From Macrostomum lignano (Eukaryota), in contig NIVC01001496.1 in NCBI GenBank assembly GCA_002269645.1, positions 1-32,806 of the forward strand: a stretch of 32,806 nucleotides of DNA, given 5' to 3'. The notes beneath the pieces are model-generated. The model worked only from the letters and a program-made list of their open reading frames with translations. It ran no database searches and had not been told where the DNA came from. This document shows, one piece after another, positions 12,101 through 21,100 of the stretch; position 1 is the stretch's first letter, and each line of letters begins with the position of its first letter. Both the position numbers and the translations under genes were made by a program.

Positions 12101-15100
12101 TGACGTATCTGGATGGACATCTGATGGTCAGAGATTTGCCCTCGCAAGCGTGCTTCACTCGCACTCCTGAAGCGGTAAATAATGCACCGTTCGTAAAAGC
12201 GTGATATACTCGTAAACAACCGAAAGCAAATAAATAAAGCAGTTTCAGTAGTATTGCTTACGGCGGTAGCGAGCTGGTGTTCGGCTCTTTCGGATGGAGG
12301 CTGCATGTCGTCGTCTCTCGGCGACAGTCCTGCTCTTGTGAGCTCGTCGCAGTTTGTTGATGCTTCTTCTGAGGCTTCGGATTCGCCTGCTAGATCTTCG
12401 TGTCACGCACTTCTGGTTCCTTCGGCAGGTTCGTCGGCCGCATTTCTTGCCTGAGTATGTTGTATTTCGGTGAGGAGCAACGTATGAACTTGGGTGAAAG
12501 TGCTTCAACTCTAAAATCCGTAGCTCAAAGTCTCACTAGATATTTGAGGAAGCAATTTACTAGGTGGGGCATCAATAGTTTACTTCTGTAGTTATTTTGA
12601 TTTTAATAAACGGTCGACCGAATAGCCGACTAACCTCTGGAAGGTCGTCTCCTTCGGACGCATCTCTTCGATCCTCGTCTAGCTCGTCTCAGCAGTCGGA
12701 TCAGCCGAGCGACTCTGCGCCTGTGCCTCGATCGAAGAGCGTTCAATCGTTTCTTGTGCAGTCGTGCAAGTCGAGCTCTGCGCTTCGCGTAGCTAGACAC
12801 AACCGATGAAGCCAGCTGGCATCTGTACCTCACGGTCATGTACTTGTATGTTCCGCGGCAAGGATCTCCGAAGACGGCGTTGTTGCTTCGCACCCTGCAC
12901 GCTCGTCGGTTGTTGCACTTGGAAGCGATGACTTTGTTGGCTCGGCCGCTGCTGCACTTGTATGTCTTGCGGGGTCCTCGAGCGCAGTATTTGTTCGATG
13001 TTCTGCCATAGAATCCGCGCAGCACCCGGATGACGTATCTGGATGGACATCTGATGGTCAGAGATTTGCCCTCGCAAGCGTGCTTCACTCGCACTCCTGA
13101 AGCGGTAAATAATGCACCGTTCGTAAAAGCGTGATATACTCGTAAACAACCGAAAGCAAATAAATAAAGCAGTTTCAGTAGTATTGCTTACGGCGGTAGC
13201 GAGCTGGTGTTCGGCTCTTTCGGATGGAGGCTGCATGTCGTCGTCTCTCGGCGACAGTCCTGCTCTTGTGAGCTCGTCGCAGTTTGTTGATGCTTCTTCT
13301 GAGGCTTCGGATTCGCCTGCTAGATCTTCGTGTCACGCACTTCTGGTTCCTTCGGCAGGTTCGTCGGCCGCATTTCTTGCCTGAGTATGTTGTATTTCGG
13401 TGAGGAGCAACGTATGAACTTGGGTGAAAGTGCTTCAACTCTAAAATCCGTAGCTCAAAGTCTCACTAGATATTTGAGGAAGCAATTTACTAGGTGGGGC
13501 ATCAATAGTTTACTTCTGTAGTTATTTTGATTTTAATAAACGGTCGACCGAATAGCCGACTAACCTCTGGAAGGTCGTCTCCTTCGGACGCATCTCTTCG
13601 ATCCTCGTCTAGCTCGTCTCAGCAGTCGGATCAGCCGAGCGACTCTGCGCCTGTGCCTCGATCGAAGAGCGTTCAATCGTTTCTTGTGCAGTCGTGCAAG
13701 TCGAGCTCTGCGCTTCGCGTAGCTAGACACAACCGATGAAGCCAGCTGGCATCTGTACCTCACGGTCATGTACTTGTATGTTCCGCGGCAAGGATCTCCG
13801 AAGACGGCGTTGTTGCTTCGCACCCTGCACGCTCGTCGGTTGTTGCACTTGGAAGCGATGACTTTGTTGGCTCGGCCGCTGCTGCACTTGTATGTCTTGC
13901 GGGGTCCTCGAGCGCAGTATTTGTTCGATGTTCTGCCATAGAATCCGCGCAGCACCCGGATGACGTATCTGGATGGACATCTGATGGTCAGAGATTTGCC
14001 CTCGCAAGCGTGCTTCACTCGCACTCCTGAAGCGGTAAATAATGCACCGTTCGTAAAAGCGTGATATACTCGTAAACAACCGAAAGCAAATAAATAAAGC
14101 AGTTTCAGTAGTATTGCTTACGGCGGTAGCGAGCTGGTGTTCGGCTCTTTCGGATGGAGGCTGCATGTCGTCGTCTCTCGGCGACAGTCCTGCTCTTGTG
14201 AGCTCGTCGCAGTTTGTTGATGCTTCTTCTGAGGCTTCGGATTCGCCTGCTAGATCTTCGTGTCACGCACTTCTGGTTCCTTCGGCAGGTTCGTCGGCCG
14301 CATTTCTTGCCTGAGTATGTTGTATTTCGGTGAGGAGCAACGTATGAACTTGGGTGAAAGTGCTTCAACTCTAAAATCCGTAGCTCAAAGTCTCACTAGA
14401 TATTTGAGGAAGCAATTTACTAGGTGGGGCATCAATAGTTTACTTCTGTAGTTATTTTGATTTTAATAAACGGTCGACCGAATAGCCGACTAACCTCTGG
14501 AAGGTCGTCTCCTTCGGACGCATCTCTTCGATCCTCGTCTAGCTCGTCTCAGCAGTCGGATCAGCGAGCGACTCTGCGCCTGTGCCTCGATCGAAGAGCG
14601 TTCAATCGTTTCTTGTGCAGTCGTGCAAGTCGAGCTCTGCGCTTCGCGTAGCTAGACACAACCGATGAAGCCAGCTGGCATCTGTACCTCACGGTCATGT
14701 ACTTGTATGTTCCGCGGCAAGGATCTCCGAAGACGGCGTTGTTGCTTCGCACCCTGCACGCTCGTCGGTTGTTGCACTTGGAAGCGATGACTTTGTTGGC
14801 TCGGCCGCTGCTGCACTTGTATGTCTTGCGGGGTCCTCGAGCGCAGTATTTGTTCGATGTTCTGCCATAGAATCCGCGCAGCACCCGGATGACGTATCTG
14901 GATGGACATCTGATGGTCAGAGATTTGCCCTCGCAAGCGTGCTTCACTCGCACTCCTGAAGCGGTAAATAATGCACCGTTCGTAAAAGCGTGATATACTC
15001 GTAAACAACCGAAAGCAAATAAATAAAGCAGTTTCAGTAGTATTGCTTACGGCGGTAGCGAGCTGGTGTTCGGCTCTTTCGGATGGAGGCTGCATGTCGT

Positions 15101-18100
15101 CGTCTCTCGGCGACAGTCCTGCTCTTGTGAGCTCGTCGCAGTTTGTTGATGCTTCTTCTGAGGCTTCGGATTCGCCTGCTAGATCTTCGTGTCACGCACT
15201 TCTGGTTCCTTCGGCAGGTTCGTCGGCCGCATTTCTTGCCTGAGTATGTTGTATTTCGGTGAGGAGCAACGTATGAACTTGGGTGAAAGTGCTTCAACTC
15301 TAAAATCCGTAGCTCAAAGTCTCACTAGATATTTGAGGAAGCAATTTACTAGGTGGGGCATCAATAGTTTACTTCTGTAGTTATTTTGATTTTAATAAAC
15401 GGTCGACCGAATAGCCGACTAACCTCTGGAAGGTCGTCTCCTTCGGACGCATCTCTTCGATCCTCGTCTAGCTCGTCTCAGCAGTCGGATCAGCCGAGCG
15501 ACTCTGCGCCTGTGCCTCGATCGAAGAGCGTTCAATCGTTTCTTGTGCAGTCGTGCAAGTCGAGCTCTGCGCTTCGCGTAGCTAGACACAACCGATGAAG
15601 CCAGCTGGCATCTGTATCTCACGGTCATGTACTTGTATGTTCCGCGGCAAGGATCTCCGAAGACGGCGTTGTTGCTTCGCACCCTGCACGCTCGTCGGTT
15701 GTTGCACTTGGAAGCGATGACTTTGTTGGCTCGGCCGCTGCTGCACTTGTATGTCTTGCGGGGTCCTCGAGCGCAGTATTTGTTCGATGTTCTGCCATAG
15801 AATCCGCGCAGCACCCGGATGACGTATCTGGATGGACATCTGATGGTCAGAGATTTGCCCTCGCAAGCGTGCTTCACTCGCACTCCTGAAGCGGTAAATA
15901 ATGCACCGTTCGTAAAAGCGTGATATACTCGTAAACAACCGAAAGCAAATAAATAAAGCAGTTTCAGTAGTATTGCTTACGGCGGTAGCGAGCTGGTGTT
16001 CGGCTCTTTCGGATGGAGGCTGCATGTCGTCGTCTCTCGGCGACAGTCCTGCTCTTGTGAGCTCGTCGCAGTTTGTTGATGCTTCTTCTGAGGCTTCGGA
16101 TTCGCCTGCTAGATCTTCGTGTCACGCACTTCTGGTTCCTTCGGCAGGTTCGTCGGCCGCATTTCTTGCCTGAGTATGTTGTATTTCGGTGAGGAGCAAC
16201 GTATGAACTTGGGTGAAAGTGCTTCAACTCTAAAATCCGTAGCTCAAAGTCTCACTAGATATTTGAGGAAGCAATTTACTAGGTGGGGCATCAATAGTTT
16301 ACTTCTGTAGTTTTTGATTTTAATAAACGGTCGACCGAATAGCCGACTAACCTCTGGAAGGTCGTCTCCTTCGGACGCATCTCTTCGATCCTCGTCTAGC
16401 TCGTCTCAGCAGTCGGATCAGCCGAGCGACTCTGCGCCTGTGCCTCGATCGAAGAGCGTTCAATCGTTTCTTGTGCAGTCGTGCAAGTCGAGCTCTGCGC
16501 TTCGCGTAGCTAGACACAACCGATGAAGCCAGCTGGCATCTGTATCTCACGGTCATGTACTTGTATGTTCCGCGGCAAGGATCTCCGAAGACGGCGTTGT
16601 TGCTTCGCACCCTGCACGCTCGTCGGTTGTTGCACTTGGAAGCGATGACTTTGTTGGCTCGGCCGCTGCTGCACTTGTATGTCTTGCGGGGTCCTCGAGC
16701 GCAGTATTTGTTCGATGTTCTGCCATAGAAACCGCGCAGCACCCGGATGACGTATCTGGATGGACATCTGATGGTCAGAGATTTGCCCTCGCAAGCGTGC
16801 TTCACTCGCACTCCTGAAGCGGTAAATAATGCACCGTTCGTAAAAGCGTGATATACTCGTAAACAACCGAAAGCAAATAAATAAAGCAGTTTCAGTAGTA
16901 TTGCTTACGGCGGTAGCGAGCTGGTGTTCGGCTCTTTCGGATGGAGGCTGCATGTCGTCGTCTCTCGGCGACAGTCCTGCTCTTGTGAGCTCGTCGCAGT
17001 TTGTTGATGCTTCTTCTGAGGCTTCGGATTCGCCTGCTAGATCTTCGTGTCACGCACTTCTGGTTCCTTCGGCAGGTTCGTCGGCCGCACTTACCTGTAA
17101 GTTTTTAAAATGTTTTTTTTCTTGTTTTTACACTGCGCAAAGTGGAGTTGATTTTTTTTTGTTTCTTTGCCTGCCTACCTAGTTATTCGATTGTTACTAG
17201 GAATAATCGTGCAATAATTGTTTTTCGTCTTTAATATTTTGAGTGGCGTTTGCCTACCAAGTGAGTGGAGTCTCGCACTGGGGCAAAAGTTTTAGCTGGC
17301 TCAAGATGAATTTAAAATACCAATTTTTCTGCTTAGAGCTTACCTTTTGGCTTTGGACCTACACATCGTGCTACCATGCGTCGTGATCCTCTTCTCAGTC
17401 TTCGGACAATGCAGCGCCTGTATCTTCCACAACGAACTCTTCTGCACAGGTCTACAGGTTTTTGATGATGTTGAAGTGTTGCAATTATTCTTACAGGTCA
17501 AAGTTTTTCAGCCTATTAAATATATCTTACTTGATATTCGCTTGACGCAGACGGCTTTTTTGCGCACCAACTTAACACGCCGTTTTCCTTTTTTGTAGAC
17601 TCTTCCGAAGAAGCGCACAATGCATTTGCGTCCTTTCTGACAACGCATTTTCTTGCATGGGTCTAGAGAAAGTTTTGTTGAGTTTTTGAGCAAAGGTTAA
17701 AGTTTAGTGAAGAGGCAGGGTTATATTGGAGAAGAAATACTCACTATTGATGCTGACACATCGTGTTTTAAGTCCGCTGCCTCGACGTGTTTTTACTCGA
17801 TAGTGCACACACTTGTAGCCCTTACTGCATCTTCGCGATGAGCAAGCTCCCTTTGGTCTCTTTGTGCACTTGGCCACTCGCCTGGTTCTAGTGTATCTTC
17901 TTGTGACCCTCTGTTTGACGCGGCGACAGTGGCACTTGCGGATGAACTTCGACAGGTGAGAGAGGTTCAAGCGCCTCAGTCGGCGGCTTCCTAACTTGAC
18001 CGCTTTTTGGATGAAGCTGAGCACCTTCTTGATGCGTCCACTTGTTGTTTTTATAACCCGGCCGTTGCCTCTCGACACATATTGGTACTCCTTGCGGTAG

Positions 18101-21100
18101 CTTCGGCCGCACAATCGACCTGTGATGATGAACATCACTTGGAGGGACTTCCGTTTCACAATTTCTCGAACCTGAAAGTAGTGGAAAGTATGCATTTTTT
18201 TTAAAAACAGGAAACCTTTTGTGCAGTTGCCAAGGACTACTAATCAGAAACTGAACACAATAACTTATCCATTAGCTTACTTGACGCCTCCTTCCTCTGT
18301 CTTTTGCGCTTGCATCCGTGAACACGTAGATGACCGATCCGGACTTCACTCGCTTAGCGGCAGCAAGAATACCGCTCATGCTCCTTTCAGGACAGTCGCC
18401 ACCTCCTCTGGGTTTAAGTCTGTTCACTGCGGCAAAAATTGTTCTGGCTCTTGAGCTGACAGTAATTGGACCAACCTGAAAAAAAACGACGTTGATCCCA
18501 AGTGTCATTGTATTTTCTGTTATTGGGATTGGAGAGTCCATACTTCACTTGTTGTGTTTTAATCCTTACCTTTGGATCATTGAAAGCAGAGATGACGAAG
18601 CGACTGACTGTACGCCTGTTTGCAGCCACAATCTGCTTGATGCTTGACCGGATTCCTTTGATGACTCTGCCCATGCTTCCTGTGGTATCTACAACGAACG
18701 CCATGTCGACCAGGCCTGTCTTCTTTTTGGAGGCGGATGGCTTAACCAGGACCTTGCGGCATGGACACTTTCTGACGAATCGAGTCACCCTGCGGGTCAC
18801 TATTCTGCGCTGGTATGAAACTCGGCACCGATAACCCGACTTGCACCGGACTCTTCTGCACAGATCTATAAAACAGTTTTTGCCACAAAGTGATGTTATT
18901 CAGAGACTGAATTTGTCTCCTTAAAATACTTGAATGAACCAGAAGGATTACAAAAAAATTCTTACTCCTGACAGGCCTGCAGGATGCGGTTCTGACGTAG
19001 CGGTAGACAGATCCGAAACGGCGGCGCATGTTTCGGACGAAACAGCGTCTACCCCGTCCGCATCTGACCTTTCTGCACAAATCTGAAGGTTATTAAAAAG
19101 AAACGAGTTTTATGTTTTCTTCATCAGTCTCTTTGCTTCAACTATTCTGTAGATTGACACAGCATTATATAATATACTGGTCTCATACACTCCACTCTAG
19201 AACTTAATCCTAGTGACTTTTTGTTAGTTCCTTTTGCAAGAGAGTACTTTGACGAAAATATAGTTTTTTTAATTCTGAATTTTCCTTAGCATTTAAATAA
19301 TTTTATATTTTGAAAATTTTGAAGCTGCCCGTCTTACTTCTTGTTTTGCTTCTGTAGCAGCGTCTCAGGTTTCTTGCAATCGCTCGCAGTTGCTTTCTGA
19401 CTGCCCGGAATCGCCTGGCGCTTCTTCGCCGCGCTGACCGCCTGCCAATTCGCATGCGACGCCGGTAAAGCTGGGCCGCGCGTCTTAGTCGCCTTCGCTG
19501 GTTCAGGATTCTGGAGCAGCGGCCAGTGCTTGGCCGAGGCCTGACAAAGCATTTCACCGAGCTGACGTACTTGTAACGGGCCTTCATTCTGGCAATGCGG
19601 TGGCAAGTGCATGTTTTCCTTGCTTTGATGAATGAGGATAGTCCGCGCCGGTTCAGCATCCTCAGAGCGGTGGCGCCCTTGGGGATGGCCTTGCTGAGGA
19701 AGCGCAAAACGCGGTACGTTGTCGACCTTTTCATTTTGATCCAGGCACCTTTCGATTTCTTTGACAAGTTTTTGTACGAATTCCTTTTGCCGCACATTGG
19801 ACCGGTGAGCAGGAAGTTGAGCTGCACGTTTTTGCTCTTCGACAGCCGGAGCACGTCGGCCTGTCGTCTGTAATAGGAGTTTCAAATGGTTTATTTTTAC
19901 TTCATTTTCTTGTTGCACTAGACTAGAAGGGTTTATTGCATGATTGTTTATTTGTAGCAAATATTTTAAAGATAACTGTTTAATCAAGTAGTGAAATTTC
20001 CAACCGTTTGTCTCGTCTCGACGGACTGGCATCAGTGAACACGTAGACGATGGAGTTTCGCTTGACGCGCCGGAGCGCCTCGTACATGCCGGACTGGCTC
20101 ATCTCCGGACAGTCGCCGCCACCGCTGGCTCGCATGCGCCTGACCGCTTTGATAAGCCTGCTCTTGTGCAGGCGGGACCGACCTCTGCTGATTGTCACTG
20201 GTCCCACTTTTGGGTCCGCGAACGGCACGAGAATGAATTTGTCCACCTGAATTGAGGAGACACAGTGGAAGGTTAAGATTAATCATTTTCAAATTGTCCT
20301 GATGGATGAGGGGGAATTTCCGCTGATTTTATTTTACGTACCACTCTGGACTTAGCGTTGACGTTGATGACGTTGACAATGTTTTTCTTGATGGCGCTGA
20401 TGACTCGGCCCATGCTGCCGCTCACGTCAACTACAAAAGCCACATCGATGGAGTTTGCCCGTGGCTTGGCACTTGATTTGCCATTAATGCAGGTGCACTT
20501 CTTGGTGTATCCGGTAACACGATGCTTGAGATACACTCTAGTGCGGTAGGAGCGGGCCACGTAGCCGGAGGGACAGCGAGCTGAAGTAGGTCATCATAAG
20601 GAACAGGTGAAAATTTCTTGAACTATTGTCTGCACAGATCTAATCCAGCATTGTTAAGATATCTAGTCAGCATCAAGATCATCAAACCTCTAACGCAGCT
20701 CTGCCCAACGCGCCTGAAGAATTTCGGGCAACGCTTGCGGATGCAGAAATACCGCGTCGTTCTGGTGCCGCTTGGACAGCGTCCTGGAGGGCGAATAATT
20801 AAATTCGTTACAATAATGCGTTCTGTACACTGGTTCAAAACTAAAACTTAAATCAAAACCGTCAGTCACTCACTGATGCACACGCTTCCCATCTTTTTGA
20901 AGCCGCGAGCGCATCGGGCTAAAATTTTAATATTAAAACAATATTTAATAACTGTCGCTGCGCGCTTTACTCGAAAAACTGAGAATCATTCATCAATTAG
21001 GAGCTTGGATCAACTCACCTCTGTAGCAAGCCCGACCACGTCGGACAAATCCAGATGGACAGGATTTTCCTGTAAATATTTATTGAAAAATTGGTTCGGT

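Larger units (their letters stand above)
3324..17089 (-). repeat. Tandem array of about 14.8 x 930-bp units (15 exon pairs): exon A 189 nt, intron 95 nt, exon B 462 nt, intron 184 nt
   Basis: ORF coordinates recur every 929-930 bp. Exon B copies: 3337-3797, 4266-4727, 5196-5657, 6126-6586, 7055-7516, 7985-8446, 8915-9376, 9845-10306, 10775-11236, 11705-12166, 12635-13096, 13565-14026, 14495-14955, 15424-15885, 16352-16813. Exon A copies: 3893-4081, 4823-5011 ... 15981-16169, and 16909-17094 (variant, 186 nt). Confidence 0.97.

Noticed and set aside
3324-17089. CRISPR array or satellite DNA interpretation of the regular repeat
   Set aside because: The units are 930 bp with no unique spacers, and each holds two spliceable exons encoding a SUEL lectin module.
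3885-17182. Recurrent plus-strand ORFs (MLTAVASW..., MSRTSGSF..., MILINGRP...) and the alternative minus-strand frame MQPPSERA...
   Set aside because: These are shadow or alternative frames of the array exons that run through introns and show no recognisable domain.
20623-20645. ttag|ATCTGTGCAGAC resembling the start of exon 18865
   Set aside because: Only about 11 nt match and a stop follows within five codons. This is chance or an unusable relic.
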